The notes under the pieces: model-generated | The model's input: the letters and a program-made list of their open reading frames with translations, nothing else | Told to the model about the DNA's origin: nothing | The model's database searches: none | Program-made: the position numbers and the translations under genes | Shown here: positions 1-9,053 of the stretch, piece after piece | How the letters are laid out: each line of letters starts with the position of its first letter | How positions within the stretch are numbered: position 1 is the stretch's first letter | Source: an uncultured Acidobacteriota bacterium | GTDB lineage: Bacteria > Acidobacteriota > Thermoanaerobaculia > Multivoradales > UBA5704 | Assembly (NCBI GenBank): GCA_963718645.1 | Contig: OY970373.1 | Location: 1,771,730 to 1,835,729 of the forward strand | Length of the DNA stretch: 64,000 bases | Direction: 5' to 3'

Positions 1-142
1 AGCCCCGACCGTGGGTGGAGCGTCGATGGAGGCCTGCTCGTCACTGCCATCTGCACCCATTGCCCCGCCGCGCCACGCCGAAGGCCCGCTTGGTGGGCTG
101 GATGAAGGAGTGAAAATAAACTGATTTACCGAGCTTTTTTAT

Positions 143-1717
143 TCATTTTTTCAATGTATTCTGTTTAACTGTCTTGAGCGCCTCCTCGATTTCGCCTTTA
201 GTCTTCCCCATAAATCGGAGCAGGTGCCGATAATTCTCGACAGCAGCTTCCTCGTTTGGGTGCCCAAATCCTGTGCGGCGGGAAAAATCGAGGAAAATTG
301 CGAGGGCTCGTCGCATCATTGGCTCGGCCTCGGCGATGCGGCTCTTGGCTTGAAGGAGCATAGCCAGTTTGTTGAGGTCCGTAGCGACTCTTGGGTGTCC
401 TTCGCCATAATGTTTTTCGTCGATTTTGAGTGCGCGTCGCATCAGAGGCTCGGCTTCGGTAAGGCGGTTCTTGACTTGGAGGAGCATAGCCAGGTCGCTG
501 AGGTCCTCCGCGACTGTTGGGTGTCCTTTGCCGTAATTTCTTTCGTCGATTTTGAGCGCGCATCGCATTAGGGGCTCGGCTTCGGCAAGGCGGCTCTTAT
601 CCTGGAGAAGCATAGCCAGGGTGCTGAGGTCCCTGGCAACTGTTGGATGTCCTTTGCCGTAATTTCTTTCGTCGATTTTGAGCGCGCGTCGCATCAGAGG
701 CTCGGCTTCGGCAAGGCTCTTATCCTGGAGGAGCATAGCCAGGTTGCTGAGGTCCCTAGCTACCTTTGGGTGGCCTTTGCCGTAGTTGTTTTCGTCGATT
801 TTGAGTGCGCGTCGCATCAGAGACTTGGCCTCGACAATGCGGTTCATCTCCTTGAGGAGAACAGCCAGGTTATTGAGATCCGTAGCAACTCTTGGATGAT
901 TCTTTCCGCAGTTTTTTTCGTCTATTTCGAGGGCACGTCGCTTCAGGTGCTCGGCCTCTCTCCATTCGGCCAGCTCATCGAGTGCTTTGCCGAGCAATCC
1001 CAATAAAGAGGTGTCCTCGCTGCGCAGCGTGAGTGCTATGCGGAACGAGTTAGCTGCTTCACGATATTCAGCCTGCTTATATTGGGAGGAACCCAGATAT
1101 CGTAGCGTTTCGACGAGGTCGGATTTCTTTTTTCTAGCGGCTCTCTTTAAGAGTTTTTCAGCCTGCTGATACTGACCTTTCAGGTAAGCAGCGATTCCTC
1201 GATCTTTGGGATCCTGAGTCTCAGAGAATGAGCGGATTGCCGATGCCAATTGTTCTGCGGTAAGGCCGTGATGAGCTGCGGCTGCAAGGAGGGCTTCTTT
1301 TTGATCCTCAGCCGTAGGCCACTCGTCGGAACGATGAGGCTTCGCCTTCGGTGCGTCGAGGGCTTCGTCCGCGATGAGTCGGAAGGCGCTTCGCCGCATA
1401 AGTACCATCTCAGCGAAAGCAGAGCCCATAGGAATGTTGACCTGAGAATTGACAAGAAACCAATCCTTGGTCTTCTTCGAATGTACCAAAAGCAGCTTAA
1501 TCTGCTGTCCCGGCTCAGCTCCAGGTGGCAGGCTCAACTCTGTGGCACCGGTCTGATCCGTAGCTTGAGACTCGATACCGCCATATGAAAAGTGGAAACC
1601 GGACAACGGATGATCCTCCACATCGCGTGCAATCAGAAACATTTGCGTTCCGTTTACCGCATGCAGTATCGAGGTTGTCAACCATAGGGCGACCATTATT
1701 GCAATTTGCCGTCTCAT
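143..1717 (-). CDS. Secreted TPR protein: signal peptide, beta-sandwich-like N-domain, kinesin-light-chain-type 42-aa TPR repeats
   Basis: N-terminus MRRQIAIMVALWLTTSILHA; repeats of type HPxVAxDLxNLAMLLQ...EAEPLMRRALKIDE; start overlaps the TIR gene stop (ATGA at 1714-1717). Confidence 0.85.
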   Translation of the reverse strand: MRRQIAIMVALWLTTSILHAVNGTQMFLIARDVEDHPLSGFHFSYGGIESQATDQTGATELSLPPGAEPGQQIKLLLVHSKKTKDWFLVNSQVNIPMGSAFAEMVLMRRSAFRLIADEALDAPKAKPHRSDEWPTAEDQKEALLAAAAHHGLTAEQLASAIRSFSETQDPKDRGIAAYLKGQYQQAEKLLKRAARKKKSDLVETLRYLGSSQYKQAEYREAANSFRIALTLRSEDTSLLGLLGKALDELAEWREAEHLKRRALEIDEKNCGKNHPRVATDLNNLAVLLKEMNRIVEAKSLMRRALKIDENNYGKGHPKVARDLSNLAMLLQDKSLAEAEPLMRRALKIDERNYGKGHPTVARDLSTLAMLLQDKSRLAEAEPLMRCALKIDERNYGKGHPTVAEDLSDLAMLLQVKNRLTEAEPLMRRALKIDEKHYGEGHPRVATDLNKLAMLLQAKSRIAEAEPMMRRALAIFLDFSRRTGFGHPNEEAAVENYRHLLRFMGKTKGEIEEALKTVKQNTLKK

Positions 1718-2778
1718 CGTTTCTCCAAAACGATCGAGCAGTTATCATCATTCGTGTAACAAAAATTGTTTCCTAACTCTACTCCATTTTTCTCAGCTCG
1801 GAGACGGATTCGAGTTCTTGACGGCCTGGAAAGCCTGAACTCGAAGCGGCCTTGAGCATCAGTGACAGCCTGTCCATGAGCGCCATCACTCCGGGAAATT
1901 CGGAGACCTGCGAGAATTTGTTGGGCTTCCACTCTGCCACGAATCCAAGTCTCGGGCATCTTGAGGTGGATTTCAACCCGAGGATTGGGATCGTCGCCAA
2001 GAAAAAGGCTCACCTGATTCTCGGTCCAGGACGGATGATTCGCCCAGAACGAGACGCGACCGTTCTTGGGGACGTTGCCAGAGGGGATCTCAACCTCCCA
2101 CAATCCGTCCAGGAGTAGATGCGGCTCATTGTTCGTGGATGTACAAACCTTGGCTCCCTCAATGGGTTGGCCCTGCGGGTCGAGCACTTGGACGCGAACG
2201 GCGTAAATTCTCGGTTTGCCTGGCTGTGGGGGAGACGTAGGAGGGAGCGGCCGGAGCCAGGCAGCAAGGGTAACAGCCAGCCCAAGGAGGGAGATCGCGA
2301 TGCCCCAATTCCACCACGTCCTTAGAGACTTCGAGGGCTTGACTCTGGGAGCCACAGTTCCGTCCGGTCTTTTGCCGGTAATGCCCCAGACCAGCCGCGC
2401 CAAGCCGGCCTCGGTCAGCCCCTCGCGCAGATCGACCCACGCGAAGGCTTGCAGGAAGAGGGTCAGTTGGGAAGATTCCGGGCAGCCGGGAAGCAGGACG
2501 GGGATGACCGGAATCTTCTCGCGCCGCGACTGCGCGATGAAGGCCCGCGCTTCTGGCTCCTGCCAGGGTCCGAGGCCGTCGAAGCCGATGCACACCGCGA
2601 CCGCGCGCGAGGTCTGGATCCCCTCCTCCAGGCTTTCCTGCCATGGGAAGCCCGGGCGAAACTCTTTCTTGTCCAGCCAGACTCGCAAGCCCTGCGCCTC
2701 GAGCCACGTACAGATCTCCTCCACGACGGGCTTGTCGCGACTATTGTGGTTCAGGAAGACGTCAAACCCTTCGGGCAT
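1714..2778 (-). CDS. TIR domain - transmembrane helix - carboxypeptidase-regulatory-like beta-sandwich protein
   Basis: FDVFLNHNSRDK...VWLDK...PG..WQ..LEEGI...GPWQEPE (TIR_2-like); hydrophobic WWNWGIAISLLGLAVTLAAWL; then VQVLDPQGQPIEGA and TDAQGRFEF motifs. Confidence 0.85.
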   Translation of the reverse strand: MPEGFDVFLNHNSRDKPVVEEICTWLEAQGLRVWLDKKEFRPGFPWQESLEEGIQTSRAVAVCIGFDGLGPWQEPEARAFIAQSRREKIPVIPVLLPGCPESSQLTLFLQAFAWVDLREGLTEAGLARLVWGITGKRPDGTVAPRVKPSKSLRTWWNWGIAISLLGLAVTLAAWLRPLPPTSPPQPGKPRIYAVRVQVLDPQGQPIEGAKVCTSTNNEPHLLLDGLWEVEIPSGNVPKNGRVSFWANHPSWTENQVSLFLGDDPNPRVEIHLKMPETWIRGRVEAQQILAGLRISRSDGAHGQAVTDAQGRFEFRLSRPSRTRIRLRAEKNGVELGNNFCYTNDDNCSIVLEKR

Positions 2779-2858
2779 GCGTTGACCTCTGAGGAATCTT
2801 GAAGTGAGAGGGTAAGTTTAGCGCATGCGCGGACCGCAGCCCGGGAAGATGCGGAACC

Positions 2859-3069
2859 GGGAGGGGGACCGCCCGGAGGGTGGGGCTTTGAACAGCCTGC
2901 GGTTTCAACCGTAGGTACGGGCGCCATGGAAGTCGCCACCCCCCCCAAGGGGTGGCCGATGGCCGAGAGGTCGGCCGCCCTTTTAGGGCTTGGAATGATG
3001 GGGGGGCGGCTCACCTGCGGTTGAAACCGCAGGCTGTCCAAAGCCCGCCCTCCGGGCTGTCCCCCTCCC
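2859..3069. repeat. REP/REPIN-like inverted repeat with arms of about 58 bp
   Basis: GGGAGGGGGACCGCCCGGAGGG...CAGCCTGCGGTTTCAACCGTAGGT (2859-2916) is a near reverse complement of ACCTGCGGTTGAAACCGCAGGCTG...CCCCCTCCC (3013-3069). Confidence 0.8.
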
Positions 3070-3440
3070 TCTCGGACAGGATAGCGAGACGAGGCAAGAG
3101 CCGGCTGCCGAAGCTCCCTTGAGAGAGAAGCCGGCCCTTGCTCGGTAGAGGCAGGCCGGAGGGAACGGCCCTGATACCGCTCCCTCCGGTGCATCGATTG
3201 TCAATGAACGTGTGCCGTTTCCGGAGAATCCCGCATCGCGGCCTCGACGCCTTCTGTGAAGGCGGAGTCCTGCGATCCGGAGCCCTCCCCGGCGCCTTCG
3301 ACCTCTGGGGAACGCTTCCTCGTGGAAGGCTCTAGCCAAACTCCGATGATGTACATAGTATAGAGGAGGTCGAGGCGTTTAGGCAAGGGGCTTGGGGGTC
3401 TGACGCCAGGGAGTCCTGGACGACTTTGGGCTTCTGACTG

Positions 3441-3780
3441 CGGCATTCCCCCTGAGTACTGCGGCGTTCCCCGTCCTTTCCGAGGCGTGACGGCGGGGGA
3501 ACGCCACGTTCCCCAGGCTTCACGCTTCATTCGCTGGAGGGAACGTGGTGTTCCCTGCAATGTACATGACGTGAAGGAGTCGTCACCCCTCGTTCCCCGC
3601 TCGACGAAGGACGTGGCGGCGGGGAATGGCGCGTTCCCCGTACGTCGGAGAGCGTGACGGACGGGGAATGCGACGAGTCGGGGCGTTTACGTCGCGGAAA
3701 GGGGAGGAAACGGGACGCCGGCAGGGGGGAACGGGGCGGAACGAGCTCGATCCGCGGCGTGCGCGGTGGGGAATGAAGCT
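3441..3780. repeat. Degenerate 42-bp-period tandem hairpin array
   Basis: GTTCCC(C) at 3466, 3508, 3550, 3592, 3633; CGTG(A/G) at +20 in four of five units; (G/A)GGGAA at +29/30 in four of five; extra GGGGAA at 3726 and 3768. Confidence 0.7.
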
Positions 3781-3898
3781 CGATGGAGGGCTCGTGAGGC
3801 ACTCCCCGCACGCCCCTTGCATGGAATCTCGGCTATGGACGGCGCCGCGGTTCAACGCGCCGCTTCGAAGCCCCGACCGGGGCGCAAAAGGAGAAACC

Positions 3899-4453
3899 AT
3901 GAAATCGCATCTCGTCTGGTTGCTGACCCTCACGGTTCTCGGAACGGTCCCGCTGTCCGCGCAACGCGACCGCGGGCAACAACAGCAGCGCGGCCCGGCG
4001 CAGCGCGGATCGGAGCAGCACGCGCGGCCCCGCGCCAACCAGGGCCATCCGCCGCCGCCCCCCGCGGCGCGAAGGGGCGGGCAGCCGGAGGCGGAACGCT
4101 TCGACGGCGGGCGGGTGAACGCCATGCCGCACGTCAACCATGACCGCTGGTACGGCCACGACCGGGGGGACGATCCGCGCTTCCGCGTGGCGCAGCCGTA
4201 CGGGCACGGGCGCTTCGCCCACATCGGCCCCTCCTACCGGTATGGGGTCTCCCGCTTCGACCGGGTGGGCCACCGCTTCTGGCTGGGCAATTCGGCCTTC
4301 CTGATCGCGCCTTTCGACTGGCCGCTCGCGGTCGACTGGTGCTGGGATTGCGGTGAAGATTTCGTGGTCTACGACGACCCGGATCATCCCGGCTGGTATC
4401 TGCTCTACAACACCGAGACGGGCGCCTATATCCACGCCCAGTACGGGGGGTAG
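3899..4453 (+). CDS. Secreted hypothetical protein (Pro/Gly/His-rich N-region, aromatic C-domain with CWDC)
   Basis: RBS AAGGAGAAACC-ATG; signal peptide MKSHLVWLLTLTVLGTVPLSA; C-terminal DDPDHPGWYLLYN. Confidence 0.75.
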   Translation: MKSHLVWLLTLTVLGTVPLSAQRDRGQQQQRGPAQRGSEQHARPRANQGHPPPPPAARRGGQPEAERFDGGRVNAMPHVNHDRWYGHDRGDDPRFRVAQPYGHGRFAHIGPSYRYGVSRFDRVGHRFWLGNSAFLIAPFDWPLAVDWCWDCGEDFVVYDDPDHPGWYLLYNTETGAYIHAQYGG

Positions 4454-4467
4454 TAGAAAAGGCAAAT

Positions 4468-4573
4468 AGGGACGAAAGGGACAGCAGGGACGGCAGGGAC
4501 AACAGGGATAGGAGAGAGTACCCAGTCCGGTATTTGTTGTCCCTGCTGTCCCTGGAGTCCCTGTCGTCCCTTT
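4468..4573. repeat. Intergenic palindrome built of 9-nt AGGGACNNN units
   Basis: agggacgaa-agggacagc-agggacggc-agggacaac ... gttgtccct-gctgtccct-ggagtccct-gtcgtccct. Confidence 0.75.
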
Positions 4574-4624
4574 CTGCCGCCGCTTAGGCGACGAAATCGC
4601 CCGCTCGTCCGTATGATAATCGCC

Positions 4625-5893
4625 ATGAGCGAACACCTTCGTGATCCCGAGCTCGACCAACTCGTCCGCTCTCTGAACGAACCCAACGCCTACCAGGAAC
4701 CGGGTGAGCCCGCCCTCGTCTTCGAGCCCGACGCTCAGGATGAGGTCGAGGCGATGCGCCCGTTGAAGCTCCGGCTTCCCTCGCAGAGCGAGGTGACGGA
4801 GGGGGGCGATCTCGACCGGCTGCTCGCCGAGGTGATCCAGCAGAAGGCGAGCGATCTGCTGCTGATCGCGGGGTTGCCGCCGATCTTCCGGGTCAACGGC
4901 CGCCTGCTGCGGATGGAGGAGCGGAGCGCGCTCGAGGGGGCGGAGATCAACCGCCTGTTCCAGCCCCACTTCGGCGCCAAGGAGCGCCAGGATCTGGAGG
5001 AGCGCGGCTCGACCGACTTCAGCCTGCGCATCGCCCGCGGCCGCGTGCTCGACGAGGGGATCGGCGCGGCGTGGCGCTTCCGGGTCAACGTCCATCGCCA
5101 GCGCGGCGAGCCGGCGGTGGCGGTGCGGGCGCTCCCGCTGGAGATCCCGACGCTGGCGGGGCTCAACCTGCCGCCGATGCTCGCCGAGTTGGTCAAGCCG
5201 AGCCGCGGGCTGGTCCTGGTCTGCGGCCCCACCGGCTCGGGGAAGTCCTCGACGCTCGCCGCCCTGGTGGGGGAGATCAACCGCACCCGCACCAGCCACA
5301 TCATCACGATCGAGGATCCGATCGAGTTCGAGCACCGCTCGATCCGCTCCATCATCGAGCACGTCGAGGTGGGGCGAGATTCCAGCTCCTTTCTGGAGGC
5401 CCTGCGCGCCTCGCTGCGGCAGGACCCGGACGTCATCCTGGTCGGCGAGATGCGGGACCTGGAGACGGTGTCGACGGCGCTGACCGCCGCCGAGACCGGC
5501 CACCTGGTGCTCTCCACCCTCCACACCAACGACGCGCAGCGGGCGGTGCACCGGATCGTCGACGTCTTCCCGCCGGCCCAGCAGCAGCAGATCCGGCACC
5601 AGCTTTCCCTGGCCCTGCACGCCATCGTGGTGCAGACGCTGGTGCCGCGGACGGACGGCCGCGGGCGGGTGCCGGCCATCGAGGTGCTGCTCGGGAATTA
5701 CGCCGTGCGGCACCATATCCGCAGCGACAACCTTCAGAAGCTGTACAACGAGATCACCCTCGGCAAGCGGCAGGGGATGATCGCGATGGAGGAGTCGCTG
5801 TCGCTGCTGGTCCGGCAGGGGGTGGTGGACGTCGAGGAGGCGCGGATGCGGGCGAGCCACCCGGAGTCGTTCGAGTCGTTCCTCCACCTCTAG
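4625..5893 (+). CDS. pilT: Type IV pilus retraction ATPase PilT/PilU family, with acidic N-terminal extension
   Basis: GPTGSGKSST, TIEDPIE, LRQDPDVILVGEMRD, AAETGHLVLSTLHT. Confidence 0.88.
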   Translation: MSEHLRDPELDQLVRSLNEPNAYQEPGEPALVFEPDAQDEVEAMRPLKLRLPSQSEVTEGGDLDRLLAEVIQQKASDLLLIAGLPPIFRVNGRLLRMEERSALEGAEINRLFQPHFGAKERQDLEERGSTDFSLRIARGRVLDEGIGAAWRFRVNVHRQRGEPAVAVRALPLEIPTLAGLNLPPMLAELVKPSRGLVLVCGPTGSGKSSTLAALVGEINRTRTSHIITIEDPIEFEHRSIRSIIEHVEVGRDSSSFLEALRASLRQDPDVILVGEMRDLETVSTALTAAETGHLVLSTLHTNDAQRAVHRIVDVFPPAQQQQIRHQLSLALHAIVVQTLVPRTDGRGRVPAIEVLLGNYAVRHHIRSDNLQKLYNEITLGKRQGMIAMEESLSLLVRQGVVDVEEARMRASHPESFESFLHL

Positions 5894-5981
5894 CCCGTTT
5901 TCGCCTTTTCGACGCTTTCGCCTTTCGGAGATAACGCGCTATCGTGGGCGGGCCGAAACAGTGCAGCGATTGGAGACCGCA

Positions 5982-6458
5982 ATGCGACCGATCACCGCCA
6001 GCGACCTCATGAACCCCGAGGTCCTCACGGTCCGCGAGGATCTGAGTGTGCAGGACCTGGCCGCCTTCCTGATCGAGAACGAGATCAGCGGCGCGCCGGT
6101 GGAGGACGCCGAGGGGCGCCTGGTGGGAGTGGTGTCGCTGGTGGACATCGCCGCCGTGGCCTCGGGCGAGGGGGACCGCCTCTCCCGCGAGGGCTCGGCC
6201 TTCTTCATCGACGACGAATGGGGGGAGGGTCCCGACGAGGGCGTGGTCGGAGCGCTCCCGACCGCCCAGGATGGGCTGCGCGTGGCCGCCATCATGAACC
6301 CCAAGATCTACTCCGTCCGCGAGGACGCCACGGTCTCCGAGATCGCCTCGCTGATGCTCAAGGGGCACATCCACCGCCTGCTGGTCACCCGCGAGGACCG
6401 GGCGGTGGGGGTGATCACGACCTCGGATCTGCTGGGGTTGCTGGTGGGGGAGGATTAG
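5982..6458 (+). CDS. CBS-domain pair protein
   Basis: ISGAPVED...GRLVGVVSLVD; IHRLLV...VGVITTSDLL. Confidence 0.88.
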   Translation: MRPITASDLMNPEVLTVREDLSVQDLAAFLIENEISGAPVEDAEGRLVGVVSLVDIAAVASGEGDRLSREGSAFFIDDEWGEGPDEGVVGALPTAQDGLRVAAIMNPKIYSVREDATVSEIASLMLKGHIHRLLVTREDRAVGVITTSDLLGLLVGED

Positions 6459-6466
6459 AAGAGCGG

Positions 6467-6569
6467 GAACACGGACGGGCAGGGACTGACACGGACGGAC
6501 ACGGAACCGGGGGGACGCCTGGGATCAGCGTCCGTGGTAGTCGGTGAGCGTCCGTGTTTGTCCGTGTTC
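6467..6569. repeat. Intergenic palindrome of 10-nt CACGGACNNN units
   Basis: cacggacggg-cagggactga-cacggacgga-cacgga ... tccgtggtag-tcggtgagcg-tccgtgtttg-tccgtg. Confidence 0.75.
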
Positions 6570-6604
6570 TTCCTCCTGGCACCCACCGTGCATTGCCGAT
6601 CGCC

Positions 6605-8278
6605 ATGGCCCTCTCCCTCAAGCCGGAGCATCTGAAACGCTACGCGGACATCGTCCGTCTCCTCATGCAGCATGGGCGGTCGGACCTGGTCAAGGGGATC
6701 GACGTCGATCTGCCGGACGATCAGGCGACCGAGGAGGCGGTGACGGGCGATCCCGAGAAGCTCGCCCGCGACCTGGAGTCGCTGGGGCCGACGTTCATCA
6801 AGCTCGGCCAGCTCCTCTCCTCCCGCTCCGACCTGCTGCCCGGCCCCTATCTGGAGGCCCTGGCGCGCTTGCAGGACCGCGTCGAGCCGTTCCCGTTCGA
6901 GGAGGTCGAGGCGATCGTCGGCTCCGAGCTGGGGGTGCGGATCTCCAAGGCGTTCCTCGAATTCGACCCGCAGCCGCTGGCCGCCGCGTCGCTGGGCCAG
7001 GTCCATCGCGCGCGGCTCCGCGACGGCCGGCCGGTCGCCGTCAAGGTGCAGCGGCCGAACATCCGGCAGATCATCCTGGAGGATCTCGAGGCCTTCGCGC
7101 AGATCGCCGCGATGGCCGACAAGCACACCGAGATCGGCCGCCGCCTCGCCTTCCAGCCGATGCTCGAGGAGTTCCGCAAGACCCTGATGCGCGAGCTCGA
7201 CTACCGGCGCGAGGCGGTGAACCTGGTCACCCTCGCCAACAACCTCAAGGACTATCGTCGGCTGGTGATCCCGCGGCCCGTGGACGACTACACGACCTCG
7301 CGGGTGCTGACCATGGACTTCGTCAAGGGGACGAAGATCACCGATCTGTCGCCGCTGGCCCGCATCGACCTCGACAACCAGGAGCTCGCCGAGGACCTCT
7401 GCAAGGCCTACCTCGACCAGATCCTGATCGACGGCTTCTTCCACGCCGATCCGCATCCGGGCAACCTGCTGATCACCGAGGACGGCCGGCTCGCCCTGCT
7501 CGACCTCGGCATGGTGGCGCGGATCGATCCGGCGATGCAGGAATACCTCCTCAAGCTCCTGCTCGCCATCACCTCGGGGCAGGGGCAGGAGGTGGCGAAG
7601 GTCTCGCTGCAGATCGGCACGCCGCTGGAGGGGCTCGACGAGCCGCGGTTCCGGCGCGAGGTGGTGGATCTGGTGGGGAGCTTCCAGAACGCCTCGGGGG
7701 CGCAGGTCCAGGTCGGCCGCATCGTGATCGGCCTGGCGCGGCTGGCGGCCGAGAACAAAGTCCGTCCGGCCCCGGAGCTGACGATGATGGGGCGGGCCCT
7801 GCTGCAGCTCGACGAGACCGCCCGCGGGCTGGACGACGATCTCGATCCCAACGCGGTGGTGCGCCAGCACAGCGCCTCGATCATGCGCCGCCACATGCTG
7901 AAGAAGCTCTCGCCGGCCAACGTCTTCGCCTCGGCGCTGGAGATGCAGGACTTCGTGCAGCATCTGCCCGGCCGGCTGAACACCGTGCTCGACCACCTGG
8001 CGTCCAACCAGGTGCAGATCAAGGTGAACGCCTTCGACGAGACGCGCCTGATGGACAACCTGCAGAAGATCGCCAACCGCATCGCGCTCGGCCTGGTGCT
8101 GGCGGCGCTGATCATCGGCGCGGCGATGATGATGCAGGTCAACACCCGCTTCCGCATCTTCGGCTATCCCGGCCTCGCCATGATTCTCTTCGTGCTGGCG
8201 GCGGCGTGCGGGTTCATCCTGATCCTCACCGTCTTCGTCAACGACGACTGGCGGGTGTGGCGGAAGACGCCTCGCTGA
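6605..8278 (+). CDS. AarF/ABC1/UbiB family atypical kinase
   Basis: LGPTFIKLGQ, AAASLGQVH, VAVKVQRP, FFHADPHPGN, LLDLGMV; two C-terminal TM helices. Confidence 0.92.
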   Translation: MALSLKPEHLKRYADIVRLLMQHGRSDLVKGIDVDLPDDQATEEAVTGDPEKLARDLESLGPTFIKLGQLLSSRSDLLPGPYLEALARLQDRVEPFPFEEVEAIVGSELGVRISKAFLEFDPQPLAAASLGQVHRARLRDGRPVAVKVQRPNIRQIILEDLEAFAQIAAMADKHTEIGRRLAFQPMLEEFRKTLMRELDYRREAVNLVTLANNLKDYRRLVIPRPVDDYTTSRVLTMDFVKGTKITDLSPLARIDLDNQELAEDLCKAYLDQILIDGFFHADPHPGNLLITEDGRLALLDLGMVARIDPAMQEYLLKLLLAITSGQGQEVAKVSLQIGTPLEGLDEPRFRREVVDLVGSFQNASGAQVQVGRIVIGLARLAAENKVRPAPELTMMGRALLQLDETARGLDDDLDPNAVVRQHSASIMRRHMLKKLSPANVFASALEMQDFVQHLPGRLNTVLDHLASNQVQIKVNAFDETRLMDNLQKIANRIALGLVLAALIIGAAMMMQVNTRFRIFGYPGLAMILFVLAAACGFILILTVFVNDDWRVWRKTPR

Positions 8279-8348
8279 GGCGGACCTCGCGGGCCGCGCG
8301 GGCCTTTCCAGAGGGACCTTGCCGGCTGGGGCGATCTGCGCTCCGAAG

Positions 8349-8494
8349 CCTCACCCCTGGCCCCTCTCCCTTCCCCTCCCGCCCTCCCTCACAGGGAGAG
8401 GGGAACCCCCGCCCAAATGACCCCGAAGGGGTTTCTCCCTCTTCTCCCGGTTGGGGGGAGTGCGACGGGAGAAGAGGGCCGGGGTGATGAGGGG
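8349..8494. repeat. REP-like palindromic element (CCTCACCCC..CCTCTCCC / GGGAGA..GGGGTGATGAGG family)
   Basis: Nested inverted repeats; a related element lies at 29201-29323. Confidence 0.7.
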
Positions 8495-8531
8495 CCGCCT
8501 TGCGCTATCCTTCCCCCCGAGGGAGATCCCC

Positions 8532-9041
8532 ATGCCGAGATTCCGCAGAGTCCTGCCCGCCGCCCTCGCCGTCGCGGCGCTCGTGCTGATCCAGGGCGCG
8601 GCCCTGTCGCGGTCGCGTGGGTCGCGCGGCGGGCGGCCGGCCGAGGAGTGGAGCCGCACGTCGCCGCCGGTCAACGTCACCCACATCTTCGAGGGGGAGA
8701 TCAACCGGCGGGGGAAGCCCACCGGCTTCCATTCGCGCCCGGGCGGCCACGATCCCGCGAACGCGCGGCTGGTGCGGATCGTCGACCGCCCCAACCGCGC
8801 CGGGGTCTACTCGGCCGAGGTGGAGATCCGCTCCGAGGAGGGCTGGCTCTCCAAGCGTTCCACCTTATATCCCGACGGCATGGACCGGGCGGCGGTGATC
8901 CAGGCGGTCCTCAACGCGTTCCAGCACCGGTCCGGCGAGGGGGAGCTATTCCGCGGGCCTTCGGGGACGGGGTTCACGATCGAGGGGTATTACCAGAACG
9001 GCCGGATCAACACGGCCTATCCGATCTATACGCGGAACTGA
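8532..9041 (+). CDS. Exported bacterial EndoU-family ribonuclease
   Basis: Signal/anchor MPRFRRVLPAALAVAALVLIQGA; HIFEGEINRRGKPTGFH, KRSTLYP, terminal NTAYPIY. Confidence 0.8.
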   Translation: MPRFRRVLPAALAVAALVLIQGAALSRSRGSRGGRPAEEWSRTSPPVNVTHIFEGEINRRGKPTGFHSRPGGHDPANARLVRIVDRPNRAGVYSAEVEIRSEEGWLSKRSTLYPDGMDRAAVIQAVLNAFQHRSGEGELFRGPSGTGFTIEGYYQNGRINTAYPIYTRN

Positions 9042-9053
9042 CGGGGAGAAGCC

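Noticed and set aside
2983-3560. Short minus-strand ORFs (2983-3339, 3201-3560)
   Set aside because: No recognisable motif, RBS or consistent codon bias
3441-3780. Type I-E CRISPR array (GTTCCCC...GGGGA resembles that repeat), or a TIGR array
   Set aside because: Variable sequence lies inside the hairpin, there are no ~32-nt spacers between constant repeats, and no cas or Nop-domain gene is in the window; kept only as an unexplained array
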